This document shows, in pieces, positions 27,501-40,176 of a stretch of DNA of 64,000 nt (positions are counted from its first letter, which is position 1; each line of letters starts with the position of its first letter). The stretch comes from the human T2T-CHM13v2.0 reference genome, Homo sapiens: assembly GCF_009914755.1 (NCBI RefSeq), contig NC_060937.1; one strand, given 5' to 3'. The notes beneath the pieces were generated by a model. It had not been told where the DNA came from. It did no database searches and was given only the letters and a program-made list of their open reading frames with translations. Position numbers and translations under genes: made by a program.

Positions 27501-29398
27501 AAATTCTGAACAAAAATAGTACATTATATATTTCATTGTTTGGAGAGGTGGATGAGAGTGGAAATGTTTGAGTTGTGTTTGTTTCTAGGGTGAGTCAATC
27601 TAATCAATAGTTTGGGTTGATTTCAGATTGTTTCCTTTGATGAGGAAAAACTGTGATATGGGTACAATGTTTTAATGTTCAGGAAAGATTGGCCTTGTCC
27701 TTAAGGAAATTATATTGATTAGAATTTCTCTCAAGGTAATTTAGTTGTGTTTACTACTATTAAATTAAAGTGACATTCACTTGGACTGAGTAGCAATTAA
27801 AAAAAGGTAAAACCTTCTTGTGATTTTTGATCTTAAGCTGTTTATCATAGATGGGCCTTCATTGTGTACTTAAAAACAAAATATGTGCAGGTTCTGCACT
27901 GGTTTGAAGATTTTGGGGTGAAAATTCCCTAATCAGTTGTCTGTATTGTATCTAGAAACAAATCTTGGAAATGTGTAATGAAATGCTTTTAAAATAGCTG
28001 AAAAGAAATTGTTACACTATTTAAGTGAATGGAGATTATTTCTCATATTGAATTTCCTAAACTGCATTTGCATTTATCATTTTTTAATAGTGGAGAAAAA
28101 AGTTAATTGTCTTTGATAAGTTTGGCACAGGACTTAGCACATTTTTTATGCTTTTGGTCATAGTTCTGTCACTAGAACACTAACAATTAGAAATATGCAA
28201 TGAGTAACCTAACTACTTTAATACAGTGGTTTGAAGTTCTGCAGGCAGTAACTCCTGAACACCCAATTACACTTTTAATTGTAACATGTTAGAGAAAATG
28301 ATAAGACTTTCTATAGTGTAAATATCCTATTAACCAATCCTTGTGGTGTTAAATTACAGGGCTTGGACTCTTGGGTCTGAAGGAGGCACAAACCCCAGCT
28401 AAATTTTGAACATTGACACAAGTTGAAGCCTCATCTTCAGACTTGGGAGAAGGTGACACTCAAAATGAACTGGTTTTGTGAGACAGAAGGCTAGAAATCA
28501 AAACAATTCAATCTCTCTAGGCCTGGGGACTATTGCAGAAGAGGTGGGCATGTGAGATTGTAAGGGCTAATTTTGAAGGACAAGATTATTTCAGAGAATT
28601 TGTGTAAGTTAAACATTAATATAAAAAGCCCACTGATTCAAGGCCAGTGTCTGGGCCCAAGTGTTGGAATAACTGGGTTTTCTTGGAGCCTAGATCTACC
28701 CATAAATAGAAAATTAGAAAAGATTATTAAAGAAATTATGGAAATCTTACTTTATGATCAAACTGATTAAAAGTAGACAGATTTGTTTATAAGATTTTAT
28801 TAAAATTAGCTTTAACATTAGTAATACACCATAGAAAGGTAAAATTGTAACATATTAGAGAAAATGGTAAGACTTTCTGTAGTATAAATATCCTATTAAC
28901 CAAACTAAGAAAGGTTTTCCCTTTTGAACAAAATATTTGTGTTTTATGAAGAGATAAAATATTTTGTTTATCTTCTGAGTAAACTGCAGGGAGAAAATGG
29001 AAGCAGGGCACAGGCAGTTTTAGTTGGGCCTCATACTGTCTTTTTTAGATCTTGTTGTTTGGGACACTGAGTTTTCTCTCTATCAAAAGATAAATGCTTT
29101 TGTTTTATCACTTCTGCTTAATGAATGACTATTTTTATAGTGAGCTATGATACTATTTTGTGCTGAAAAATGTTGATATTTGGCCAACTTTTGAAAAGGA
29201 AAATTTCAAGTTCTAAATTCAATATTTTTGACATCAAACTAATTTTTTTGATATTAGGTTTCTTGAAGTCCGAGAGATATATTAGGCTTATTTAACTTAT
29301 TTGTTATGTTAGAATTATACAGGAAGTGTTGTCAAATGTGAGGCAGTATTTTACTTTCTTTGTGTTATATTTATATACATATGTTGTTGAAATGATAT
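24544..29398 (+). mobile_element. Non-coding MER4-group ERV internal sequence, left part
   Basis: Follows the LTR and PBS; long AT-rich tract without ORFs, typical of MER4-group internals; continues at 46459 across the TSD ATAT. Confidence 0.7.
24549..24566 (+). promoter_or_regulatory. Primer-binding site, tRNA-Glu-like
   Basis: TGGTTCTTTGATTGGGAA versus the tRNA-Glu complement TGGTTCCCTGACCGGGAA (four C>T changes), 5 nt after the LTR. Confidence 0.7.
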
Positions 29399-30104
29399 CA
29401 TCACAGAATCCTTTGGGTGTCATTTCATCAGCCAGAATCCTCTTTGGCTGGTGGGGCCTCTACTTGAGTTTCATTTACACTCACTGGGCTCATTCCACCC
29501 ACTTGGCCAGGCAGGCTGTGCTTGGCCCACACTACCAGTATCCCATGCCCACTGAGGATGAGCTCTGGCTCAGTGAATCCTAATGTCTGGGCTCCCAGAA
29601 GGGTTACAGAGCATGTCACCACTCGTAGCTTGGCAAGCCAGCCAGGAACATGTTACATCCTTTTAATGCCCACTGTTCAGCAGGTCCTGAGTTATTGTTC
29701 CATGTCCAGGAAGAATGAGGCTACATGGACAACTGGAGGGTGAGCAAGACAGAGAAGAATTTTATTGAGTGAAAGAACAGCTGTCAGTGAAGAGGAGACC
29801 CAAAGTGGGTAGCTCCTATTCTCAGGCATGTAGTCCTGACATGTGTCTGAGTCTAGCTGAGTCTGGGGTTTTTATGGACTCAGAATGGAGGAAGTGCATG
29901 CTGATTGATCCATGGGTGGGCCAGAAAAAGGCACCATATGATTGGCCTAAAGGCATCAAGAAAGTTCTCACTCTGGGTCATGGACTCCACCCAGAACTGG
30001 TAGCTCGATTTTCAGGCTTCAGGCTGGCTCCATCCTGAAGGTTGGGTTTCACTGGGGACCCAACCTTATCTGCCCAGGAATTTGCCTGCTTCCTGATGCT
30101 ATCA
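29399..30104 (-). mobile_element. MER52 3' LTR (short, internally deleted)
   Basis: Aligns by eye to about 37863-38010 and about 46020-46458; adjacent to the PPT; 706 bp. Confidence 0.85.
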
Positions 30105-30275
30105 ATCCCCCCTCTGAAGAGGTACATCTTACTGCCATTAGGATAGGAATAGTGACTGCTCCCAACTGCTTCATGCTGATAGGGGGCCTTGTTTTGGGGA
30201 AAACAGCAGTCAGATCTCTCTCAGAGGCTTATCTAAGGTTTCCAAGTAAAAAAGGAGCTATTGTCCAAGGCTCCA

Positions 30276-30383
30276 CTTGCATACCATTTGGAGTTTCATG
30301 ACCTCTAGGTGAGTAGAAACAAATTTTACAAAGAGGTTAAGTATGTATGGACCAAATATGAGTATTATACAAAGAGGAGCTAA
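30276..30383 (-). pseudogene. env: env TM C-terminal remnant of the HUERS-P3-type provirus
   Basis: Manual translation LAPLCIILIFGPYILNLFVKFVSTHLEVMKLQMVCK, homologous to the HERV9 TM tail at 44866-45153 (AFRPCIFNLLVKFVSSRIKAIKLQMVL). Confidence 0.75.
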
Positions 30384-30729
30384 AAGAAAAAATCTAGTGC
30401 CAAAGATAACAGAAATAAGAAGTAAAATAGACTAATCATTCTGAAAACAATGTTGTGGCTAGAACTGTTTTACCCTGGTGAAAAAAATTAAATCTTGTAT
30501 AGAGAGCAGTTAAACTTTAGAATAGAAATAACTGTTTAGGGGAGTAGATAATACCTTGGAAGTTCAACCTCAAGGGGTCCTTGATAAAGACACCTTATGG
30601 TGAGGACTCGAAAAAAGGCAAGAATAGCAAGCATAGGTGAGACTACCAAGAGGATATCCATGGGAGGTTAATTATTGGCACTAATCTTTTGTGGTTTTTA
30701 GCTTGGGATCTTTGATTTCATCACACTGG

Positions 30730-33700
30730 AACTTTGGGTGCTCTTCTGGGTCAAAAGAGGTAATTCGGTCAGTTCCCTAGGCCTTTACTCAAGTATAATT
30801 AATGCAAGAATCTATTCCAGTGACTTTTACTGCCGTAGGAGTAGGCAGAAGTACAGTGTAACATCCCTTCAACTTCAAGCCTAGAGTGGAAGAAAGGGAA
30901 AGAAGTGCCTTTATCAATACTAAGTCCCCTGGATCGAATAGAGGAGGCCTTGGTTCATGGGATTGGGCCTCTAACAGTTGTTTTAGTTCCTGTTGGCAAA
31001 TGGGCCAAAGAAGTTACATGTTTAATCAAATCAGAGGTTTATTGGTCTAGCAAGCAATCATTGGTGAGAAAAGGTCATCTATACACCATTTCAAAGAGAC
31101 TTAAGAGATTTAAACCCAGCTTCAAAGGGGTGTGTCTAACACATAGTAAGGCTACATGAAGAATAATCTGAGGAAGATGAGTCTCCTGAGACAGTTTTCT
31201 GATAATATCACTTGTCTTTTCTACCTTTTCTGAAAACTGTGGTCTCCAAGCAGAGAAGACGGTCTTATATGTCTTTGAGCTCCTCGCACCCCCTGCTCCT
31301 GCCTGGTTGACAACTGCCTTGAAACAGGAGCCATAATCGGTCTGGAGGTACCAAGGAAGTCCAAAGTGAGGGATTTTCTCAGTAATTAATACTTTTCTCA
31401 CCTCAGAGGCATTCTCTGTGCAACATGGAAATGCTTCTACCCAGTTAGTGAAGGTATCTACCCATACTAGGAGGAACTGAAGTCCCCTTATCATTGGTAT
31501 ATGGGTGAAATCCATTTGCCAGTCTTTCTATGTGTAGCCTCACAGTCTTTGGGCTCCAAGGGGAAGAAACCATCAATTGAGGGGATTATTTTTAAGGCAA
31601 GTCTTGAGAGCATTAGCAACCTGTTTGGCCATTTTTAGCAAATTTTTACCTGTGAACAACCTTTGGGCCAATAGATAGGTTTTATCTTGACCTAGGGGGA
31701 AGGCTTGGTGAAGGGTTTTATGAACTTTTCATTGTCTGGAAGCTGGTAGATGAAGTTTGCCATCCTCTCATTGCAGCCATCCTGAGGACTGAAGGGTATA
31801 TTTCCAAGAAGTGGCCCATCCCATCTCCACAGAGGAATACTGAGGTTTTATTTCTTTTATGGAGCCTCTCAGATCAGAGGGGGCTCAAGTGGATCAGAAA
31901 TCTCTGGCCCTTTCACTGACAATTTAGCTGCTTGTTCTGCCAACTTATTTCCCTCAGCTATTTTATACGTCCCCTTTTGCTGACCTTTACAATGTATTAT
32001 TGCCACTTCCCATGGAAGGAAAATCAAGGATAATAGTCTTGTTAATATCCTGATGGTATTTAATGGGAGACCCATTGGCTGTGAGGAAGTCCCTCTCTTT
32101 TCAGATAGTGGCATGGGCACTGGGGACTAGGAAAGCATACTTAGTATCAGTAGAAATGTTAACTGCTTTCCCCTTGCTTAATTCAAGTCGCCTCTTGAGG
32201 GCAATTAGCTCAGCTATCTGAGAACTTGTGCCCAAGAGAGAAGAGTGCTCTCAATAATGTTATTCAGGATGATTGCTGCATACCCTGCCTTTTGGATCCT
32301 TTGCTCTACAAAGGAACTTCTATCCATAAAGAGTCCAGTGTGGTTTCTCTAAGGGGGTTTCTTTCAGGTCCTCTCTGGCTGTGTAGGTTTGCACTAGTGT
32401 TAGCAGTTATGTTCAAGCTCCCCAGCTTTCTCTGGGAAGAAGGTGGCTGGGTTTAGGGAGGGACAGTTTCTTAACTGGACTGCAGATCCCTCTAATAGCA
32501 GAGCTTATTATTTGAGGAAGCAGTTGTCCATAATCCAGAGACTCCCCTTAGAAGACAGCAGCTCTGCCACATTATGTGGGGTATGAATGGCTATGTTATT
32601 TCCCTTGGTTAACTTAGTAGCCTCTGGTACCAGCAAGGCTACCAGTGCAACTGCCTGGCGGCAGGCTGACCATCTTTTAGCTACCAAATTAAACTCCTTG
32701 CTTGGGTAGCCTATAGGCTGCTGGGCTGGACCTTGGGCCTAGGTTAGAACTCCCAGGGCCATTCTCTTCCTTTCTAATACATAAAGATTGAACAACTCCC
32801 TTATAGGAAGACTAAAGGCTGGTGCCTTTAGCAAGGCTTGTTTTCACTGGTCTGTAAAAGGAAAATCAATCTTGGGGCCCCAAAATCACTAAGCTAAAGG
32901 TAAAAGTCAAGCTGGAAACTACTCAGGGCAAACTACCTCCCATTCTATTCAAAATCAACCCACTGCTCACTAAGATAAATGCATATCTGATTGCCTCATT
33001 TTGAGAGGCTAATCAGAAACTCAAAGGAATCATCCGTTTGTCTCTTATCTACCTATGACCTGAAAGCCCCCTCCTTACTTTTAGCTTTTCTGCCTTTGCT
33101 TCAAGTTGTCCCACCTCTCCAGACTGAACCAATGTTCATCTTACATATGTTGATTGGTGTCTCATATCTCCCTAAAATGTATAAAACCAAACTGCTCTGA
33201 CCACCTTGGGAACATGTCATCAGGATCTCCTGAGGCTGTGTCATGGGTGCATGTTTTCAACCTTGGCAAAATAAACTTTCTAAATTAACTGAGACCTGTC
33301 TCACATATTCAGGGTTCACAAGTCAAAGGTTCTTTTAGCCGCTTCTTTGCAAATTAAGGAGTGGCTCTTAGCTGCCTGAGTTTCCTTTATTAGGTGATAG
33401 AAGTGCTAAACTGTTTCACCATACCCAGGTGTATGTAGTCTGCAGAATCCTGTAATGCCTAGCAATCTCCTCAGCTGATTGAGGGTTTGGGGGAGGGGTA
33501 GGAAGGAGATGGGCTTAATCCTTTCTTCACCTAGCATCCTAGTCCCGTCTGACAAGACTAGACCTCAGTACTTCACTGAAGTCTGACAGAGCTAAGACTT
33601 AGATTTTGAGACCTTATATCTTCTGTTAGCCAGGTAATTAAGAAGAGCCTTACGGCCCTCCTGAGAGATTTTCTCACTTGGAAAACCAAGTGGAATATCA

Positions 33701-34600
33701 TCTACATATTGTAAAACTTTAACCTGAGGATAAAGGAACTCAGAGAGGCCTTTGGACAACACCTTCCCAAACAGGTGGGGGCTATCTCAAAATCCCTGAG
33801 GTAACACCATCAAGGTTAGCTGGGTTGTTCTGTTGGAAGGATCCTCTAATGCAAACAAATACTGAGAGCTGGGCTATAATGGTATGCAGAAAAAAGGCAT
33901 CCTTTAGGTCCAGGACTGTGAACCATTTAGTTCCCTCAGGATATAGGGATTAGGAACCACCAGATGAATTGAAACCACAGCCTTATTAATGAGGTGTGGA
34001 GGTCCTGAACCAGTCTCCATTCAATTCCTTGTTGGGTTTCTGTACCCCTAATGTCAGGGTATTACAAGGGCTGTTGCAGAGTTTGAGGAGGCCCTGCATC
34101 CTCAAGTTATCAATGATGGCTTCTAGACCTTTCCTAACTTCTGGTTTTAGGGGATATTGTTTCTGGTTAGGGAAGGAGGTAAGATCCTTAAGGTGGATCC
34201 AGATCAGTGTGGAAGTTCTGGCTTGGCCAATTTCCCCTTGAGTTGCCCAAACTTCTGGGTTAATATTGGTCTCCACAAAGAGGAGACAAAAAGTCTGTCC
34301 GGGAGCAATAAGATTGGTAGTTCCCATATGAGCAAAAATATCCCTGCCCAACAGAAGAGTTGGGCTGTCAGGCATGAATAAAAATGCATGAGTAAACCAG
34401 AGGTCTCCCCAACTACAACTAAGGGGTTGGGGAAAGATACCAGGTTAAAGGCTTTCCTGAGATGCCCCTCTCAGTCATACTAAGGGGGTTCGGGGCCCAT
34501 ATTGAAGAGGAGGACTGAAAGTTCCACTCTAGTGTTAAGGAGGAAGTCCACCTTCCTCCCTTTGACTTCCAGAATCACCTAGGGCTCCTGGATGATAATG
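30730..34600 (-). pseudogene. pol: Disrupted pro-pol (PR, RT, RNase H, integrase) of the HUERS-P3-type provirus
   Basis: PR KVDFLLNT and LLLGRDI; RT QKQYPLKPE, SPCNT and YVDD (33697-33708); RNase H IIHCKGQQKG..GNKLAE; IN MDFTHIP..LVWVDTFTNWVEAFP..LQTDYG. Many stops and frameshifts, plus the MER4A insertion. Confidence 0.9.
32853..33320 (+). mobile_element. MER4A-type solo LTR inserted antisense in pol
   Basis: TGTAAAAGGAAAATCAATCTTGGGGCCCCAAAATCACTAAGCTAAAGG...GGGTTCACA; TSD GGTC/AGTC. Confidence 0.9.
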
Positions 34601-34649
34601 GTTGTCTGAGCCACTGGAGCCAGGAAGAATAGCCCTGGGACCCATCAGT

Positions 34650-36108
34650 CCTTCTAGACTACTTGGAATACTGGCTCTGGACACATTGACTTGTGTCTCT
34701 ATCGACAGTCTACCCTACAGTGGATGCTATCCCAAATTGGAGAGGGTCAAAATGGCTTCTTCATGTTGCCCAGGCAGTCCTTTCTAAAGTGACTTGCTTG
34801 CCACATTTGTAGCAGTTAACAGATGCATCTTGTGGATTCTGGGGTCTGTGAGACTGTAAGGTGGTCCTCTGAGCCTCCCCCTTTTTCTTGTGTCTTCTTT
34901 CTCTCTTGGACTTCCTCCCAATCCCTATTGTAAAAGACCTAGGTGACCACTTTCAGGAGGTTGTCTAAAGTAATATCTGGTCCCATAGGCTGTTTCTGCA
35001 GCTTCCTCCTGACATCAGGGTCCACCTGAGTAATGAACTTATCTTTTAGAATTAGTTGTCTCTTGACTGAATCAGGAGATAGAAAGGTATGCTTTACCAA
35101 GGCCCCTCTTAACCTTTCCAGGAAGGCGATGGGATTCTCATCCAGTCCCTGGTCTATCATGGATAGTTTGGAGTAACTGAGAGGCTTAGTTCTAGCCCTT
35201 CATAAGCCCTCCAATATGCACGCTTGAAAGTGTTTTTTCTCTTTCATTCTCCCATTTCATCATTGGGGTCTCATTTAGAGTTTTCCAATGATACTGCTAT
35301 TCTCCCAAATAGAAAAGGCTCATCCCCTTCCCTGGCCTTATATGAAATACAAAGCTCATCCCAAAATTCTCAGCCACTTTCAGGGCAGCCTGCTTTTCAG
35401 CAGTAGGGTTTGATTCAAAAGTAACATAAAATTCTTCCAGGAGAGTTCAGATACTTGGGTTAAATTCTGGAAAGCCTCTATATGCCTGGCAGGATCGTCT
35501 GAAAGCTTGCCAAGATGACCCTTAATTTCCTCTAAGTCCTGTAAAGAAAAGAGATCTTGGACCCTGATGGGGCCATATTTACCAGGCATCTGTTGTAGGG
35601 GCAGGAGTGAGACTGAGACCTGTGTAAAATGAGGATTTCTAGGATGGGGCAAGCTTGAGAGAAAACCTGGATAGGGAGGATGGGGTGGACCAGGAGGAGC
35701 AGGACCAGAGGGAGCTGACTCCCTGGCTGGAGGTACCTGTGGAGTTTGCTTTCCTACTCCCTTGGAATTGCCTTTTGCAGCCTCTCCTGAGATAGCTGCT
35801 AGGATGGCTGAATCGATTCAATGTTGGCAAAGGTCCAGATTACCCTGCAAGGCATAGAAAACCTGCATGTAGGGGATTTCAGACCATTTGCCCTCATGTT
35901 TACAGAAATGGTCCAGCTGCAGGATGGTATTAAAATTAATGTTTTCTTCCTGAGGCCAAGCTTCTCCTTCCTGCAAAACATAACCTGACCACAACTTTGT
36001 ACAAGGAAATATGAGGTGATTTTTCTCCAGAGTCTGAGGGTTGTAGAAGTCCCAGTGATTCAGGATGCACTCAAGAGGAGTGCAAGCTGAAGATGATTGA
36101 TTACCCAT
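34650..36108 (-). pseudogene. gag: Disrupted gag of the HUERS-P3-type provirus
   Basis: ATG at 36108: MGNQSSSACTPLECILNHWD (MA); LGKLSDDP; major homology region QGLDENPIAFLERLRGAL..DKFITQ..DVRRKLQK; CYKC zinc-knuckle remnant near 34810. Confidence 0.9.
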
Positions 36109-36799
36109 CTGGAAGAGGGGAAAAGCATCCCTTAGTTTGTCTCTCTTCCAGCAAAAACCAGGGGTATGTGACTGAGAGTGAATAGGCAGCCCCTTTTTTC
36201 TTCCTTTCTTTTTTTCCCGAATCCTGGCAGCCCCTAGCAGTGCCACCCATGGGTGTGAATGTGACCTCCACCCATGTAGTGGGAAGACCTAGTGAGTAGG
36301 GATATTCACACTTACCTACATTGCCCTATCTTCCTGCTGTCAGTAACCTGTGGATTCCCTAGATCTCACCTATGCCATGGATGTGAGCAAGTTCTCTGCC
36401 TAGGATCAGGAAGGTCTAATCAGCAGGGATAGTCTTGCTTACCTTCACTGTGTCCTGGCTTTCTGCTGTAACTGCGTCTGGGTCCCTCAGGTATAGTTTG
36501 TCTTTTCAGGGCTTCAGCCAGAAGCTTGGAATTGAATTTGAGACAAAAAGCTGCCTCAGGAGGGTATATGGACCCTTTAGATTAGTCCCAGGTGGCCCTT
36601 GCATAATTGAAGCCTGCAACCAGTGGGGCAGTTTCTTCATTGCTTCTCTATCATAAGCAGAATGCTAAGGTAAAGCTGTGGAATCAGGTTCTTCTCAAAC
36701 TAAGGAGAGAAAGGGAGTCCTAGGAATTGGGGACCTGTCCTAAGAAGATGCCTCCCAAAAGGAAAAGTAAATCTCTCACATAGAAAGTATCCCTGTATT

Positions 36800-37276
<477 letters not shown>

Positions 37277-37840
37277 TCAATCATTACATCCTCCTCACTT
37301 CTAAGAATAGAAATAAACCACATTGTTCTAAATTACACTCCTGATGACTATATTATCTCAGTGGTTTGCAGAAACACCCTTGACATTGTATGTGAAGAAG
37401 AGATAGGAGCCATGACAGCCAGAAAGGAAACAAGAAAATATTATAGGAAAGACTGGAGGGCCTAGTGCTGACACCATAATGGGCTGTCAGGGACTGGAGC
37501 CAGTCTAGGGGCCTACAGGCAACATGGAGTTGTGGCCTCACCAGATGTCTTCAGTTGCTCCAAGACCTTATTTCGATCCCCTGTGATGACAAGACCTCCA
37601 TGAAGGGAAACTGGATTGGAACAAAGCCAACATTCCCAACACTCAAGGATGAGGGGGAATTGACAGTGTCCTCCTCAGCAAGCCTGACCTCCATGTCTTA
37701 AGTCCGGCAGACACACTAGTTGCTTTTACGTGGCCAACAGATGCCCAGTGTTTTTCTTTCATTTTGGCTATTGTAGAGTTTAAGGACTCTAAACAAAAGG
37801 ACAGAAATCACCAAGTCCATTTTTACTCACCCTTCCACAG

Positions 37841-37858
37841 ATCCCAGATGAGCCCTCA
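37841..37858 (-). promoter_or_regulatory. Primer-binding site, tRNA-Pro
   Basis: Minus strand TGAGGGCTCATCTGGGAT versus the canonical Pro PBS TGGGGGCTCGTCCGGGAT, 4 nt from the LTR end at 37863. Confidence 0.85.
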
Positions 37859-37862
37859 GAAA

Positions 37863-38415
37863 TATCATGGGATCTTTTGGGTGTCATTTTGCAACCCAGA
37901 ACCCTGTGGCTGTCAGTGCCTCTGCTTGAGTTTCATTCATGCCCACTGGGCTCGTTCTGCCCACTTGTCCCAGTAGGCTGTGCTCAGCTAGCATTACCGG
38001 GCCAGATCCCATGCCCAAGGGCAAGGCAGGCATGGAGTGGTGAGGGGTTTGTGAGTGAGCAAGCACAGGGTCCAGCCACTGCACAGCCAGATGCATTGCT
38101 GCTGTGGTGGGCCAGGCAGCTCCAGGTGCCAGCACAGGTGCTGTCTCCATGCATGGCCACAGCTGGACCAGGTGTACCACAAGTGGCTTCCACTGCAGGC
38201 GATGGCACCTAGAGAAAGGGAACACAGTGGTGCCCAAAAACTCAGAGATGCCAGAAACCACAGAGCCCCAAGGTGTGTGTGTGTGTGGAGGGGGGATACA
38301 GCTCTCATTTCTGCTGCCCACAGCCAGCGAGTGAGGGGGGTTGTGTTTCAGCTTGTTTAATCCTCACTCCAGCCCATGGTTTCTGGGCTGACCCAGCCCC
38401 ACCACCACTTCCTGT
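37863..38415 (-). mobile_element. MER52 5' LTR, PBS-proximal piece
   Basis: Homologous to the 29399 end of the 3' LTR; cut by the HERV9 insertion at the TSD CTGT. Confidence 0.85.
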
Positions 38416-38902
38416 TGAAAGGCAAAGCCATCTGGACTACCTGGGTTGAGTGGGGACTTGGAGAACTTTTCTGTCTTACAAGAGGTTTGTAAAAAGCACT
38501 CTGTAAAAACGCACCAATTACAAACCTCTAGCTAGCTAGAGAGCTCTAAAATTCACCAATCAGTGCTCTGTAAAAATGCACCAATCAGTGCTCTGTAGGT
38601 AGCTAGAAGTTTGTAAAATGCACCAATCAGCACTCTGTAAAATGGACCAATCAGCAGGACATGGGCGGGGACAAATAATGGAACAAAAACTGGCCACCCC
38701 AGCCAGCAGTGGCAACCCGCTCATGTCCCCTTCCGTGATGTGGAAGCTTTGATTTTTGCTCTTCAGAATAAATCTTGATGCTGCTCACTGTTTAGGTCCA
38801 TGCCACCTTTAAGAGCTGTAACACTCATTGCAAAGGTCCATGGCTTCATTCTTGAAGTCAGTGAGACCACAAACCCACCAGAAGGAACAATCTCTGGACA
38901 CA
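38416..38902 (+). mobile_element. HERV9 5' LTR (short LTR12)
   Basis: TG...CA termini, CCAAT repeats and AATAAA; followed by the PBS. Confidence 0.92.
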
Positions 38903-38905
38903 TCT

Positions 38906-38923
38906 TGGTGACCACGAAGGTAC
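38906..38923 (+). promoter_or_regulatory. Primer-binding site, tRNA-Arg
   Basis: TGGTGACCACGAAGGTAC versus the HERV9 Arg PBS TGGCGACCACGAAGGGAC. Confidence 0.85.
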
Positions 38924-40176
38924 TATCGCCAAGTGGTGAATACCATTGGGCCCCTTTCGCTTGACATTCTGTCCTATTTTTCCTTAGAATTTGGGGGCTA
39001 AACACCAGGCACCTGTCGGCCAATTAAAAGCGACTAACGCAGTCACCAGACTAAAGACACAGGTGTCAGGCTTTTTGGGAAAGTGCTCTCTAACAACCCC
39101 TGACTCTTTGGAATTGGGAGTGGTGGTTTGCCTGGATCCATCTTCCACTTTTCCTGTACTTCTGGGCTGAGCTGAGGGTCAACAGAGAGGAAAGCCATTC
39201 AGCTCCGGGGTCCCAACAAAAAGTTGGTTGGCCCTGCAGCCATGAGCAGAACTCTCAAGGTCCCGTCACCCAAACGAGACTCGCCCATCTATTCTATCTA
39301 TCCTGACCCTTGCCTCCTGGGTCCTAACACCTGTCAGACAAACTTCCTCCTGCCTCTCTTCTCCAAGGCTAGTCCCGCTTCTAAAAAAAAAACCACTCCC
39401 TGTCTCTGGTGCTTTTCTAGTTTCTCCTATAAGAATGATTTCTAGTATGAATTTCAGGACTCTGTTCCTTTCTTTAGGCACCCAGGCTCACCAGTCAGAA
39501 AGACATAATTTTTTCCCAAAGCCCCATTGGTGGGGGAAGCTATCTGGAATTTTAGGATTTCTCCTCAGACTAGCAGGCCTAACAAAGGCTATTCCCAAAG
39601 CTAGGATATGGGGAGCCTCAGAAATGATATCCTTCCTATCCATATGATGAGAAGTGAGGACAAAAGGCATCACTCTTCCAACCCTGGAGATCCCTTCCCT
39701 CCCTCAGTGTATGGCCCTCCACTCCGTTTTGAGGCATATCATTTTTATAAGACAGGGGTAAAGTCCCAATACTAACAGGAGAAAATGCTTAGGACTCTAA
39801 CAGGTTTTCAAGAATGCGTTGGTAAGGGCCACTATATCTGACCCTTCTCGATCCTCCTTGTGGTCTAAGAGGAAAGGCAAGGGTGCAGGTTTTCAAGAAT
39901 GCATCAGTAAGGGCCACTAAATCTGACCTTCCTCAGTCCTCTTTGTGGTCTAGGAGGAAAACTAGTGTTCCTGCTGCTGCATTGGTGAGTGCAACTATGC
40001 CAATCAGCAGGGTCCAGGGAACCGTTGCAAGTTCTTGGGCAAGAGGGGGATCTGCTGCTGTGCATTTGTGAACACAACTATTCCAATCAGCAGGGTCTGG
40101 GGACCATTGCGGGTTCTTGGGTGGGGGATGGGGGGGCAAACAAACAAACCAGAACTGCGGGCATTTTTTCTTTCAG

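Noticed and set aside
39800-40120. Duplicated ~75-bp blocks in the HERV9 leader
   Set aside because: As I recall, these are a standard feature of HERV9/HERV-W leaders and not specific to this locus.
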